Of a stretch of 64,000 nt of DNA, positions 8,859 through 19,686 are shown piece after piece. The number at the start of each line of letters is the position of its first letter. Position 1 is the stretch's first letter. Made by a program: the position numbers and the translations under genes. The notes below the pieces were generated by a model. That model ran no database searches. It was not told the DNA's origin and saw only the letters and a program-made list of their open reading frames with translations. The stretch is taken from the NCBI GenBank assembly GCA_963727445.1, contig CAVSGI010000010.1, forward strand, positions 320,001 through 384,000. The letters are read 5' to 3'. This DNA comes from an uncultured delta proteobacterium (GTDB lineage: Bacteria; Myxococcota_A; Polyangia; Polyangiales; B10-G4).

Positions 8859-10025
8859 TCAGAGGGGGGCGTCGGGGAGGTAGGCGGTGTGCACGTGGCG
8901 GCCGGCGGGGGGGAGGTGCGTGCGGCGGCGGTCGATGAAGTTGGTGAGGGCGCTGGGGTCGGGGGTGGCCGTGAGGGTGGGGGTCTCGTGGAGGGTGGCC
9001 TCCCGGGCCATGAGGCCGACGAAGTCGGGGGCGTGGGGAAGGCCGATGTCCCAGGGCAGAGTGAGGGCGAAGGTGAGGACGTCGGGGGCGCGGTAGGTGC
9101 GCGGGTCGAGCGCTTCGAGCGCGCGGGCGTCGCGCATCACCAAGAGGCCCGCGGGGATCCGGCCGGCGCCGGGCTGGTCGAGGTCGCCCGCGATGTCTTT
9201 CGCGATGGCCGCCGCGAGCGGAGCGTCGTCCGGTGAGAGGGCGATCACGCGCCGCGGGCGCGGCCACAAGATGCGGAGCGCGTGCGCGAGCCCCGCGACG
9301 AGCGCGCCCTGGCGCGTGCCGTCCACGACGACAGTGTCGTAGCGCCCGCCGTGCGGACCGCATGCGTCGAGCAGCAGCGCCCCGTGCTCGAGGAAGTAAT
9401 AGTCGCGCGCGTCGGGCGGATCCGCGTCGGGCGCGATCGGCGCCCGTGAGAGCGCCGCGTCGAGCTTCCCCAGAAGGCGTGGCCCAGAGCCGAGACGCGC
9501 GAGCTGCGCGCGGCTCGCCCGCGCCGTCTCGACGTCGCCCATTAAGAGCGACGCCCACGCGAACTCGAAGAGCGCCCCCGGGTCATCCGCCAGATTCGGG
9601 TGCAGCGCCAGCGTCTCCACCACCTCCCGCGGGCGCCCCGCCCGCGCGAGAGCGATCGCGGCCTCGCTCCGCAAGACCGCGTCAAAAGGCGCCAGCGTCA
9701 TCGCCGAGCCCAGGACCGCCGCCGCGAGCGGCGCGTCCTCCTCGCTCAAGAGCCGGCTGCCCAGCTCGAATGCACGCTGCACGTCCTCAGGCGCGTCCGC
9801 CGCCCGGTCGAAGAGCTCGGCGAGCTCGCGCTTACCCACGCCGCGAAGCGCCTGCGCCGCGAGCTCGTACGCCGCCGCGCCCGGCGCGCTCAAGAGCGCC
9901 GGGCGTAGCGCCGCGAGCGCACCCTGCGCATCGGCCGCGTCGAGCCGCGCGCGCGTCTCGCGAAGCGCCTCGTCGGCGCGCGCGCGCCGCCTGCGGCCTT
10001 CGCCCAGCCGGCTCCAGAAACCCAC
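8859..10025 (-). CDS. Hypothetical protein with N-terminal TPR-like helical repeats
   Basis: 388-aa ORF with Ala/Leu-rich helical repeats ('ALARAGRPREVVETL', 'LAPFDAVLRSEAA'). Confidence 0.65.
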   Translation of the reverse strand: MGFWSRLGEGRRRRARADEALRETRARLDAADAQGALAALRPALLSAPGAAAYELAAQALRGVGKRELAELFDRAADAPEDVQRAFELGSRLLSEEDAPLAAAVLGSAMTLAPFDAVLRSEAAIALARAGRPREVVETLALHPNLADDPGALFEFAWASLLMGDVETARASRAQLARLGSGPRLLGKLDAALSRAPIAPDADPPDARDYYFLEHGALLLDACGPHGGRYDTVVVDGTRQGALVAGLAHALRILWPRPRRVIALSPDDAPLAAAIAKDIAGDLDQPGAGRIPAGLLVMRDARALEALDPRTYRAPDVLTFALTLPWDIGLPHAPDFVGLMAREATLHETPTLTATPDPSALTNFIDRRRTHLPPAGRHVHTAYLPDAPL

Positions 10026-10037
10026 GAGCTTCGCGCG

Positions 10038-10973
10038 CTAGAAGTGGAGCGCGAGGTGACCGGTCGCGCGGAGCTGGAAACCGACCGCGTCGCCATTCTC
10101 CTGCAGATCCACGCCGCCGATGTTGCACATCGCCCCACCGCTGCTCGTACACATGTCCAAGCGCTGGCGCGTGAGATTGAGGAACGCCACGTCGACGCCG
10201 CCCCCGATACTGATGTACGGGTTCAGGTAGATGTCGAGCCCCGCGCCAGCCTCGATCGTCAGGCCGTAGACGCTCACCGAGCTGTCCATCAGGGAGTTCA
10301 CGTTCACCTGACCCATCCACGCGTAACCGATGCCCGCGCGGAAGTAGGGCTCCATGAAGAGGATCGGGATCCGGAGCCCCAGGTCGAACATCAGCGACCA
10401 GATGTCGAAGGGATTGTCAGCGGCCGGATAGCTGCCCACCGTGCCACGCGCCCCGAGGGTGAAGAGGAAGAGCTTGAAGCCGGCAGCGACGTGGCCGGCA
10501 TAGCCCGAACCCTTCAGCTGCTCCACGCCGGGAATGAAGTTCTGGCTCTTGAACGCCGCGAGGTTGGCCCACGAGTAACCGAAGCCCGCCTCGATCCACA
10601 GGAAGTCCGCATCGCGCCCATCGTCCTCCTCCTCCTCGCGCGCCGGTGGCGGCGGCGTGGAGCTCTGCGCCGAAGGATGGATCACCGGCGCGGGCTGGGC
10701 CTGAGGCTGCGCCTGCTGCTGCGGTTGCGGCTGAGGCTGCGGAGCTGGCTGCGGTGCCGGCGCGGGTGCAGGTTGGGGTGTGGACGTCGTCGTGGACGCG
10801 GGCTGCGGATCCGGCTCCACATCGCTTTGACCCTCGGCGGTCGGGGCAGGCGCCTCATCCGCGGTGGGCGTGGCGTTCGGGTCGGCGGGATCGCTCCCTG
10901 TGCCGTCCTGCGCGAGCGCTGGCGAAGCGGCCGCAGAAATCACAAATACGACGAAGACAAGACGAAGACTCAT
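10038..10973 (-). CDS. Outer-membrane beta-barrel protein with Pro/Gln-rich N-terminal linker
   Basis: Signal peptide (MSLRLVFVVFVISAAASPALA-QD), PQ-rich linker, alternating beta strands (EPYFRAGIGYAW, GAGLDIYL), C-terminal Phe. Confidence 0.8.
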   Translation of the reverse strand: MSLRLVFVVFVISAAASPALAQDGTGSDPADPNATPTADEAPAPTAEGQSDVEPDPQPASTTTSTPQPAPAPAPQPAPQPQPQPQQQAQPQAQPAPVIHPSAQSSTPPPPAREEEEDDGRDADFLWIEAGFGYSWANLAAFKSQNFIPGVEQLKGSGYAGHVAAGFKLFLFTLGARGTVGSYPAADNPFDIWSLMFDLGLRIPILFMEPYFRAGIGYAWMGQVNVNSLMDSSVSVYGLTIEAGAGLDIYLNPYISIGGGVDVAFLNLTRQRLDMCTSSGGAMCNIGGVDLQENGDAVGFQLRATGHLALHF

Positions 10974-11004
10974 GACAACAGGGTCCCGGCCCAGCGCGCC
11001 CCCG

Positions 11005-11217
11005 TCAATCCTGAGCGTCATCTCCCCGGACGGGCGCACCGAAATCGTCCTCCAGGCGGTAGCGCTCGTCGAGCCAGTGGCCCAGATCGATGGTCCGGCA
11101 GCGCGCGGAGCAGAAAGGGAAGGCGCTCGGCGCTTCGGAAGCCTTCGCTTTCGCGGCCGAGGCCTTGCCGCAGACGGGGCAGCTCGACCCACCTCGGTCT
11201 CGTCCATGGGTGCTCAT
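11005..11217 (-). CDS. yacG: DNA gyrase inhibitor YacG
   Basis: CPVCGK...FPFCSARCRTIDLGHWLDERYR matches the YacG signature. Confidence 0.92.
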   Translation of the reverse strand: MSTHGRDRGGSSCPVCGKASAAKAKASEAPSAFPFCSARCRTIDLGHWLDERYRLEDDFGAPVRGDDAQD

Positions 11218-11264
11218 CCCCATTGCTATAGCACTTCTGGGCGAGGCGATCGCGCCGCCCTGCG

Positions 11265-11425
11265 AGTGCCTGGTTCGATGACACGGAAGGGTTCTCGCTC
11301 GTTCGTCGGCCGCCTCGCGGCATCGGGCGACCTCGAATGTGTACTGCACGTCCATCGGTTTCCCTCCTTGCGACGCGACCGACGCCCGTCGCGATCTCCT
11401 CTTCCGTGTCATCGAACCAGGCACT
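11265..11425. mobile_element. MITE-like element, long copy (161 bp), perfect 25-bp terminal inverted repeats
   Basis: AGTGCCTGGTTCGATGACACGGAAG (11265-11289) and its exact reverse complement (11401-11425); homologous to 19593-19677. Confidence 0.75.
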
Positions 11426-11436
11426 ACGGTAGGTCG

Positions 11437-12336
11437 GTGAGGTCCGACCGCACCCAGCTCTGCGCGCGCTGTCGCATCCGTTTCGCCCGCGCCCACGGAA
11501 CGACCTGCCCGGTTTGCGATCGAAGCGACGCCGTCTACGACGGACGCAAGGCTTCCGAGGATCCGCGGGTGGCGCGCATCCTCGCGCGCCGGCCCCGCGG
11601 GAGCCGGGGCTGGATCGGCCTCGACGTCTCGCGCCCGGTGAGCGGCGAAAGGCGCCGCGGCCTGGTCCTGCTCGGCGCCGTCCTGGGTATCGGCGTCGTG
11701 GTGCCGCTCCTCGCCGAGCGCCTGGGTCTGTCGCCGCTCGCTCCGGTGCTGATCCTCCTCGCCCTCGTCGCGTGCTGGGTCGGTCTGCGCGCCCTCTTCG
11801 GCCTCGCCTCAGCGCCGAAGGAGACACACCTCGGCCTCGCCATTCACATGCCACTGCCGGCGCCTCGCTCTCCGGAAGCGCGCCGGCTGCGGGGCCGCGT
11901 TCGTCTCCTCGCGCCGGTGAGCGCTCCCCTCAGCGGCGTGCAGGTCGCGGCCTTCCGCCTGACGGGCGACGCCTGGGGCGGTCCCGTCGACGACGCGGGC
12001 GGCGGCGTGATCGACGTGGTCCCCGACGACGGAGGCACACCCATCCGCGTCGATCTCTCGGCCGCGACGATCGCGCTCGACGTCGAGGAGACGGCCGGTG
12101 CCGTGCCCGCGACGGACACCCTCGCGCGGTTCCTCGAAGAGCGCTGGCTCTATCCGGGGCGCGGTACGGTGCACGTGGCGGAGGCGCTTCTCGACGACGG
12201 CGATCCCATCGAGCTCGACGCCATCGTCATCGCCGAGAACACCGCCGAGGGATATCGCCAGACGCGCACCGTGCAGGTGGCCGAAGACCACGCGGACACC
12301 GGCACCATCGTTCGGCGGCCGCGCGGCGTGATATGA
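11437..12336 (+). CDS. Hypothetical membrane protein: N-terminal Zn ribbon, two TM helices, soluble C-terminal domain
   Basis: CARC...CPVC and two hydrophobic segments; GTG at 11437 chosen just downstream of the MITE. Confidence 0.6.
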   Translation: MRSDRTQLCARCRIRFARAHGTTCPVCDRSDAVYDGRKASEDPRVARILARRPRGSRGWIGLDVSRPVSGERRRGLVLLGAVLGIGVVVPLLAERLGLSPLAPVLILLALVACWVGLRALFGLASAPKETHLGLAIHMPLPAPRSPEARRLRGRVRLLAPVSAPLSGVQVAAFRLTGDAWGGPVDDAGGGVIDVVPDDGGTPIRVDLSAATIALDVEETAGAVPATDTLARFLEERWLYPGRGTVHVAEALLDDGDPIELDAIVIAENTAEGYRQTRTVQVAEDHADTGTIVRRPRGVI

Positions 12337-12343
12337 CCGCTCG

Positions 12344-13726
12344 GTGGTGGGGGAAGAAGAGTACGGCACGACCAAAGAGCGAGTGGCGTGGATGTTCTTC
12401 GACTTCGCGAACTCCTCTTTCCCCACCATCGCCCTGACCGCCTTCGGCGGCCCCTACTTCACAGGCGTCCTCGCGGGCGAAGAAGTCGACCTCGGCATCT
12501 TCCGCCTGGGCCCCGCCGCCGCATGGGGCGCCGCGATCTCCATCGCGATGCTTCTGGTCACCCTCAGCTCGCCGCTCATGGGCGCGCTCGCCGACCGCTC
12601 GGGCAAGAAGCGTATTCTGCTCGGCATCTACGTCGCGCTCTGCGTGGCGGCGACCACCGCCCTCGGCTTCGTGCCGCCGGGTCATGGCGCCGAAGCCTTT
12701 CTCCTCTACATCGTCGCCATCTTCAGCTTCGAAGGTGGCTACGTCTTCTACAACGCGTTCCTCCCCGAGCTCGCGCCCCCGGAACGCATCGGTCGCCTCT
12801 CCGGCAACGGCTGGGCGTTCGGCTACATCGGTGGCCTCCTCGCGCTCCTGCTCTGCATGGGCCTCGTGCCAGAGCAATACGACCCCGAGCACGCGGGCGC
12901 GGCGGCGAACATCTATTTCATCGTCGCCGCCTGGTACGCCGTCTTCTCGATTCCAGCGCTCACTTTTCTGCGCGACCGGCCGCCTCAAGAGCACGCCCAC
13001 GACGTCGGGTACTTCCGCAGCGCTGCCCGCGAGCTCGCGCGCACCTTCCGGACCATTCGCGCCTATCGCATGGTGCTGATCTTCCTCGCCGCCTACTTCC
13101 TCTACAACGACGCGATCACCACGGTGATCGAGTTCGTCGGTATCTACACCAAAGAAGTGCTCGCGTTCACACCCGCGGAGAACGCGATCATCTTCCTGGT
13201 GCTCAACGTGGTGGCCGCGCCCGGTGCGATGGTTTTCGGCTACGTCCTCGATCGCATCGGCGGGCGTCGCGCGATCAGCATCACCCTGGTCCTTTGGGTG
13301 GTGGTGGTGGTCCTCGCGGCACTCACCTCTTCGAAGGCCGCCTTCTGGGGTGTCGCGGCGCTGGCGGCCGTCGTGATCGGGGCCACCCAGGCGTCGAGCC
13401 GTGCGCTGATGGCGCGCCTCGCGCCGAAGAAGCGGGTCGGCGAGTTCATGGGCTTCCTGGCGCTCTCGGGGAAGGCGTCGGCGGTGCTCGGGCCGACCAT
13501 CTACGGGTTCGTGGCGACGGCGGCCGCGGCTACGTACGGAATCCGGACCGGTCACCGCATCGCGATCAGCGTGATCGGGAGCTTCTTCCTCGTAGCCCTC
13601 TTGGTGCTCTCCCGCGTGGACGAGGAGGCGGGCAGGCGACAGGCCGACGAGGAAGATCGGGAGATCGAGGCGCGCGAGCGAGCCGAGAGCGAGCGGAGGG
13701 AAGAGGGTTCCGCCGGCGCCGGTTGA
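12344..13726 (+). CDS. MFS transporter (UMF1/Atg22-like family)
   Basis: AWMFFDFANSSF, GALADRSGKK, FYNAFLPEL, GWAFGYIGG, QASSRALMARL; about 12 hydrophobic segments. Confidence 0.88.
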   Translation: MVGEEEYGTTKERVAWMFFDFANSSFPTIALTAFGGPYFTGVLAGEEVDLGIFRLGPAAAWGAAISIAMLLVTLSSPLMGALADRSGKKRILLGIYVALCVAATTALGFVPPGHGAEAFLLYIVAIFSFEGGYVFYNAFLPELAPPERIGRLSGNGWAFGYIGGLLALLLCMGLVPEQYDPEHAGAAANIYFIVAAWYAVFSIPALTFLRDRPPQEHAHDVGYFRSAARELARTFRTIRAYRMVLIFLAAYFLYNDAITTVIEFVGIYTKEVLAFTPAENAIIFLVLNVVAAPGAMVFGYVLDRIGGRRAISITLVLWVVVVVLAALTSSKAAFWGVAALAAVVIGATQASSRALMARLAPKKRVGEFMGFLALSGKASAVLGPTIYGFVATAAAATYGIRTGHRIAISVIGSFFLVALLVLSRVDEEAGRRQADEEDREIEARERAESERREEGSAGAG

Positions 13727-13796
13727 GCCCCACGAGAGAGCCGATTCGTGTTTTAGTGAGCCCAAGCGCGCCCCGGCGCGCCCAGTCGAAGGAACG

Positions 13797-15788
13797 ATGA
13801 AGAACCGAGCAATCCAAGCTCTCGCGCTCTCCCTCCTCACCGCCTGTGGTGGCGACGCCGCCCTCGAGGGTCGCTTCGTCGCGGTCCACAACACGCTGAC
13901 CTCCATGGGCCTGGCCCAGACGGGACCCATCAGCGAGGGCTCCCTCGGCGAGGGGAGCGACGCGGCCATCGAGCAGGAGCTCGCTGCGGGCGAGTGTTAC
14001 ACCTTCGTCGCGCTGGGCAGCAGCGGTGTCGACGACCTGGACGTGATCGTTCTCGACGAGTCCGGCCGCGAGCTGGCCCGGGACGACACCCGGGATCGAC
14101 AGGCCGCCGCCCACTTCTGCCCCGAGCGAGAGGGCACACATCAGATCGTGGTGCGCATGACCGAAGGCGACGGCGAGTACACCATCAGCAGCTGGTCCGG
14201 CGGGGTGAGCGGGCTCGGTGGAGGCGGCGGCGGAGCACGCCGCGCAGCGCGGGGCGGCGGTTGCGAATCGCCGATCGCGCTCACCGTAGGCCGGCCGATG
14301 CGGGGCACGACTCAGGACGGACCCAACGCGATGTCGGGCTCGTGTGCCGAAGGCGCAGCGCCCGAGCAGGTGTACCGCCTCGAGGTGGAGGAGCGCTCGC
14401 AGCTCCGCGCCGTGCTGTCGTCCACCTACGATGGCGTGCTCTACATCATGAGCGCCTGCGGCGATATGCGCAGCGAGCTCGGTTGCAACGACGACAACCC
14501 CGACACCACCCGCTCGCAGCTCGACGTGACCCTCGATCCTGGCGAGTACTTCCTGGTGGTCGACGGCTACGGTGAAGAGAGCGGCGATTTCGATTCGGTG
14601 ACCCAGCTCTCCGAGCTCCGTCCGGTCAGCGCCGTCTGCGGCGAGGCGACCACGCTGGTCCCGGGCCAGCCGGCGAGTGGGACCACCAGCGGCGTTCCCA
14701 ACTACTTCCAGGCGACCTGCGCCGGCGGCGCCCGCTCGGCGGATCGCGTCTATACCCTGGACGTCTCGTCGCGGTCTCGCATGCGCCTGAGGCAGCAGTC
14801 CGATCACGACGGCGCCCTCTACGTGCGTCGGGCTTGTGACGACCCCACGTCGGAGATCGCCTGCAACGACGACTTCCGCGACGAGCATCACTCGCTGATC
14901 ACCACGGTGGTCGACCCCGGCCGGTACTACGTCTACGCCGATGGCTACGGCTCCAGCGCGGCGGGGAACTTCACGCTCTCCGTGGACCTGACCTCGGAAT
15001 CGGGCGGTGGAGCGCAGGGCGACGCCTGCGCGGCACCGGCCTCGCTCCAGTACGGTCAGCAGATCGATATCGACACCATCGAGGCGCGCGACGACTACGC
15101 GGGGAGCTGCGGCGGCCAGGCCGGGCCGGACGTGGTCTACGAGCTCTCGGCGCGCGCGCGTTCACGCGTCACTGTGAACCTCGAAGAGGTGGAGTTCCCT
15201 GGCGCCATCTACCTGCAGCGCACCTGCGGCGACGCGAACAGTGAGGTCGCCTGCGAGCAGATCACCGCCGAGATGGTGGCGGAGGGTCAGCCAGTCTCCC
15301 TGGACACCACGGTGGGCGCCGGCACCTATTACCTGGTCATCGATGGCGCCCGCGCCGACACCTTCGGCGCGGGCAAGCTGACGGTGCAGGTGGCGGATCT
15401 CGCCGCTCTGAACGCGATGTGCCGCCGCGCTCCGCGCATCCGCCCGGGTCAGCCGATCAGCGGCAGCACTGTCGGCGAGTCCAACGACCTACAAGCGACC
15501 TGCGCGGGCGGCGCGCAGAGCAACGACATGGTCTATCGACTCACCCTGCCGCGGCGCCAGATCGTCCGGGCGAGCCTCGAGACCCCCGACTACGACGGCG
15601 CGCTCTACATCCTCCGAAACTGCGGCGACGCCACCAGCGAGATCGCTTGCAACGACGACGAGCAGGACAACCGTCACTCCCTCATCGAGACCACCCTCGA
15701 CGCAGGGACGTATTACGTGGTGGTCGACGGCTTCCGCACCGGCAACGCCGGTCCCTTCACACTCGACGTCCAGACGTCGAACCCCTGA
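13797..15788 (+). CDS. Lipoprotein with multiple PPC-like (pre-peptidase C-terminal) beta-sandwich repeats
   Basis: Lipobox LLTAC; repeated modules 'DxVYxL...DGALY...C...SEIACNDD...GxYYVVVDG'. Confidence 0.8.
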   Translation: MKNRAIQALALSLLTACGGDAALEGRFVAVHNTLTSMGLAQTGPISEGSLGEGSDAAIEQELAAGECYTFVALGSSGVDDLDVIVLDESGRELARDDTRDRQAAAHFCPEREGTHQIVVRMTEGDGEYTISSWSGGVSGLGGGGGGARRAARGGGCESPIALTVGRPMRGTTQDGPNAMSGSCAEGAAPEQVYRLEVEERSQLRAVLSSTYDGVLYIMSACGDMRSELGCNDDNPDTTRSQLDVTLDPGEYFLVVDGYGEESGDFDSVTQLSELRPVSAVCGEATTLVPGQPASGTTSGVPNYFQATCAGGARSADRVYTLDVSSRSRMRLRQQSDHDGALYVRRACDDPTSEIACNDDFRDEHHSLITTVVDPGRYYVYADGYGSSAAGNFTLSVDLTSESGGGAQGDACAAPASLQYGQQIDIDTIEARDDYAGSCGGQAGPDVVYELSARARSRVTVNLEEVEFPGAIYLQRTCGDANSEVACEQITAEMVAEGQPVSLDTTVGAGTYYLVIDGARADTFGAGKLTVQVADLAALNAMCRRAPRIRPGQPISGSTVGESNDLQATCAGGAQSNDMVYRLTLPRRQIVRASLETPDYDGALYILRNCGDATSEIACNDDEQDNRHSLIETTLDAGTYYVVVDGFRTGNAGPFTLDVQTSNP

Positions 15789-15791
15789 GCC

Positions 15792-16916
<1,125 letters not shown>

Positions 16917-16984
16917 GTCCCTACAGACCCGATTACGCCCGGAGGCCCTCTGGGGTCAAAAAAAGCGACCGGGTTCGCGGGGGA

Positions 16985-17062
16985 GAAAGTTGAAAAGTGT
17001 AGACCGTCCCGGTTTGGAAGCCGGGGTTGGGGGGAGAAAGTTGAAAAGTGTAGACCGTCCCC
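16985..17062. repeat. Intergenic repeat cluster 2: two direct copies (16985-17010, 17036-17062) of GAAAGTTGAAAAGTGTAGACCGTCCC(C)
   Basis: Same core as cluster 1; the second copy ends 2 bp from the stop codon at 17065-17067. Confidence 0.95.
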
Positions 17063-17064
17063 GT

Positions 17065-17961
17065 TCAGCGGGTGACTTGTAGGACGGCTTGGGCGAGGAG
17101 GTCTGGGACCTCTTCCTGGAGGAAATGGCCGGCCTGGGTCTCGCGTACGCTCGCTTGGGGCAGGGCGCGCTGGTGGCGTGCGAGGGCCCGGCCGAGGATG
17201 GGGTCACGCTTGCCCCACACCAGGGCGGCCGGGCCTCTCCATCCTTCGACCCACGCCCCGACCTCGTCCATCACCGGCGTCGAGGGATGGGATTCGGCGT
17301 CGGGCACCATGCGCGCGAGGCCGAGCGGCGCCGCGCGGTCGAGAACGTGACGTAGGGGCCACGCATACGCGCCGAGCTCGGCGGGGCCGAGGCTCCGCCG
17401 ATCGCCCTGCACTCGTCGCATCACCGGCACCGGAAAGAGCAAGCCGCGGAAGACCGCGTCGCTGACCACCGGCATGTGGGAGAAGCGGTGGAAGGGCTTC
17501 GAGCGGAAGGGCCGCGCCGGGGGGAGCACCGCCGTGTTGGCGAGCACCAACCCGCGCACCCGATCCGAGAGCGCGTGACCGACGCCAGTGGCGATCGGTC
17601 CGCCCCAATCCTGACCGACAACGACCAGGTCTTCGGGCGCCAGCGCCTCCACCAGGTCGCGCACCAGCGCGATGTGTCGGTCCAGCCGATGTTCCTTCGG
17701 GCGGCGCGGCTTGTCGCTCAGGCCGAGGCCGAGAAGGTCCGGTGCGACGCAGCGCACGCCCTCGCCGCGCAGAAGCGCGATCACCTTTCGCCATAGATAG
17801 GACCAGGTGGGATTGCCGTGAACGAGGAGCACCATCGGGCCCGTGCCCTCGTCCACGAAATGGATCTGGGTGCCGTCGACGTCGGCCATCCGTCGTCGAA
17901 AAGGCATGGCGCGCGCGAGGAAACGCGGGAGGCGCGGCGCCTCGGCGAAGGTGACGCTCAC
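17065..17961 (-). CDS. Alpha/beta hydrolase, haloalkane dehalogenase-like
   Basis: LLVHGNPTWSYLWR, APDLLGLGLSDKP, GQDWGG (Asp nucleophile), AGHFLQEE; GTG start overlaps the regulator stop (GTGA). Confidence 0.88.
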   Translation of the reverse strand: MSVTFAEAPRLPRFLARAMPFRRRMADVDGTQIHFVDEGTGPMVLLVHGNPTWSYLWRKVIALLRGEGVRCVAPDLLGLGLSDKPRRPKEHRLDRHIALVRDLVEALAPEDLVVVGQDWGGPIATGVGHALSDRVRGLVLANTAVLPPARPFRSKPFHRFSHMPVVSDAVFRGLLFPVPVMRRVQGDRRSLGPAELGAYAWPLRHVLDRAAPLGLARMVPDAESHPSTPVMDEVGAWVEGWRGPAALVWGKRDPILGRALARHQRALPQASVRETQAGHFLQEEVPDLLAQAVLQVTR

Positions 17962-18545
17962 GAGTCGCCTCCGCGCTCTTTCGGCCGGAGCGCCACCACG
18001 CTGAAGCCCACCGCCGGCCCGTCGCTCTCGTTGTGATAGCTGTGCGGTTGATCGCCGGCGAAGGCGGCGACGTCCCCCTCTTCGAGATCGATCCGCTCTC
18101 CCGAGGTCCAGAGCGTCAGCTTGCCCTCTTCGCAAGCGAGGTATTCGGCGGTGCCCGGACGATGGGGGACGCCCGGCATGCGCGCGCCCGGCTCGAGGGC
18201 GATGCGATCGATCTCCATGCCCGGGATGGGGTGGGGCAGGAGCTTGTCGATCCGCGCCGCGCCGCGCGCACGCGTCAAAGTGGGGAGCTGCCCTTTGCGA
18301 AAGACCTCCAGCCCCCCGCGGGGCGGGCTGAGGAGCTCCTCGACGCTGAGCGACAGGGCCTGCCCGACCTTGCTCAGGACGGCGAGGGTGGGGTTGGCCG
18401 AACCGGTCTCGAGATTGGCCACCGTCGAGCGCGGCACCCCGCTCTTCTTGGCGAGCTCGGCCTGCGTCATGTTGCGGCGCTCGCGGACGTACTTCACGTT
18501 CGCGGCCAGGTGCTCTGCCAGCGGCGCAGCGGGGCTGTCGACCAT
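17958..18545 (-). CDS. XRE-family HTH regulator with C-terminal cupin
   Basis: MTQAELAKKSGVPRSTVANLETGSANPTL; cupin motifs H.PGTAEY and AGDQPHSY.N. Confidence 0.9.
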   Translation of the reverse strand: MVDSPAAPLAEHLAANVKYVRERRNMTQAELAKKSGVPRSTVANLETGSANPTLAVLSKVGQALSLSVEELLSPPRGGLEVFRKGQLPTLTRARGAARIDKLLPHPIPGMEIDRIALEPGARMPGVPHRPGTAEYLACEEGKLTLWTSGERIDLEEGDVAAFAGDQPHSYHNESDGPAVGFSVVALRPKERGGDS

Positions 18546-18565
18546 CGGCCGGAGTATAGAGCGAG

Positions 18566-19594
18566 ATGCGCGAGATCACCCATCGCTACCGCGACCCCCT
18601 CGACGTCGTCTGGACCGACGCCGCGCGGCGCATCGGCCTGACGATCGCGCGCAGCGCCGAGTGCTATGCCTCCACCGATGGACGGGGGACGCTGATCATC
18701 GGCGCGACCGAGACTCTCGACCCGGACGACTCCCTCGCCCAGATGGTCTTTCACGAGCTCTGCCATTCGCTCGTACAGGGACCGGAGTCCTTCGAGCGCG
18801 TCGACTGGGGGCTCGACAACGTGGGGGACGGCGACCTCGCTCGAGAGCACGCCTGCCTCCGTGTGCAAGCCGCCCTCGCCGCCCCCCTCGGGCTGCGCCA
18901 CTTCCTCGCGCCCACCACCGAGCACCGTGCTTTCTACGACGCGCTCTCCGCCGATCCCTTCGCGGGCGACGACCTCTCGGTCCGTCTCGCTCGCGCCGCC
19001 GCCGCGCGCGCCTCGCGGCCACCCTGGGCGCCCCATCTGATGAACGCCCTGGAAGCGACGCGTGCGATCGCCACCGCGGTGGGCGAGGCGGCGACTGGCG
19101 AAGCGCGCTCGCTCTACGCGCGCATCGACCCGCCGATCCCCGCGCACCCGTCCGGTCTCGAAGGCGCACCGCACGCGGTGGGGCGGTGCCGGCGATGCGC
19201 GTGGCGGTACGAAGGCGGGCCGGGCAAGAAGGTCGATCGCTGCCGGCAGGCCGAGGGGGCGCGGGTCGATCCCGACTGGCAGGGTTGCGCGCGCTTCGAA
19301 GAGGCACTGGAGTGCACCGAGTGTGGCGCGTGCTGTCGCGAGGCCTACGGCGCGGTGGAGGTGAGCGCGCGCGACCCCTTCGCCGCCCGCCACCCCGAGC
19401 TCGTGACGAAGAAGAGCCGACGTCTCGAGGTTCGACGCGACGGGGATCGCTGCGCTGCCCTCGAAGGCGGCCGGAGCCTCCACGAGCCCTATCGCTGCGT
19501 GGTCTACGACGACCGCCCCCGCACCTGTCGCGACTTCACGCTCGGGAGCGAGAACTGCCTCGTCGCTCGTCGTCGCGTCGGCCTGAGCCGCTAG
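18566..19594 (+). CDS. HExxH domain fused to a YkgJ (CxxCxxCC) cysteine-cluster domain
   Basis: FHELCH in the N-terminal part; CTECGACC...CAAL...CVVYDDRPRTCRDF at the C-terminus. Confidence 0.75.
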   Translation: MREITHRYRDPLDVVWTDAARRIGLTIARSAECYASTDGRGTLIIGATETLDPDDSLAQMVFHELCHSLVQGPESFERVDWGLDNVGDGDLAREHACLRVQAALAAPLGLRHFLAPTTEHRAFYDALSADPFAGDDLSVRLARAAAARASRPPWAPHLMNALEATRAIATAVGEAATGEARSLYARIDPPIPAHPSGLEGAPHAVGRCRRCAWRYEGGPGKKVDRCRQAEGARVDPDWQGCARFEEALECTECGACCREAYGAVEVSARDPFAARHPELVTKKSRRLEVRRDGDRCAALEGGRSLHEPYRCVVYDDRPRTCRDFTLGSENCLVARRRVGLSR

Positions 19595-19677
19595 TGCCTG
19601 GTCCAATGACGTAGAAGGGTTCTCGCTCGTTCGACGCCCGTCGCGATCTCCCCATCCACCTCATTGGACCAGGCACT
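19593..19677. mobile_element. MITE-like element, short copy (85 bp), with a CTAG spanning each end
   Basis: AGTGCCTGGTCCAATGA...TCATTGGACCAGGCACT inverted repeat (20 bp perfect counting flanks, 19590-19609/19661-19680); shares internal GAAGGGTTCTCGCTCGTTCG and GACGCCCGTCGCGATCTCC with the 11265 copy. Confidence 0.75.
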
Positions 19678-19686
19678 AGCGACGCC

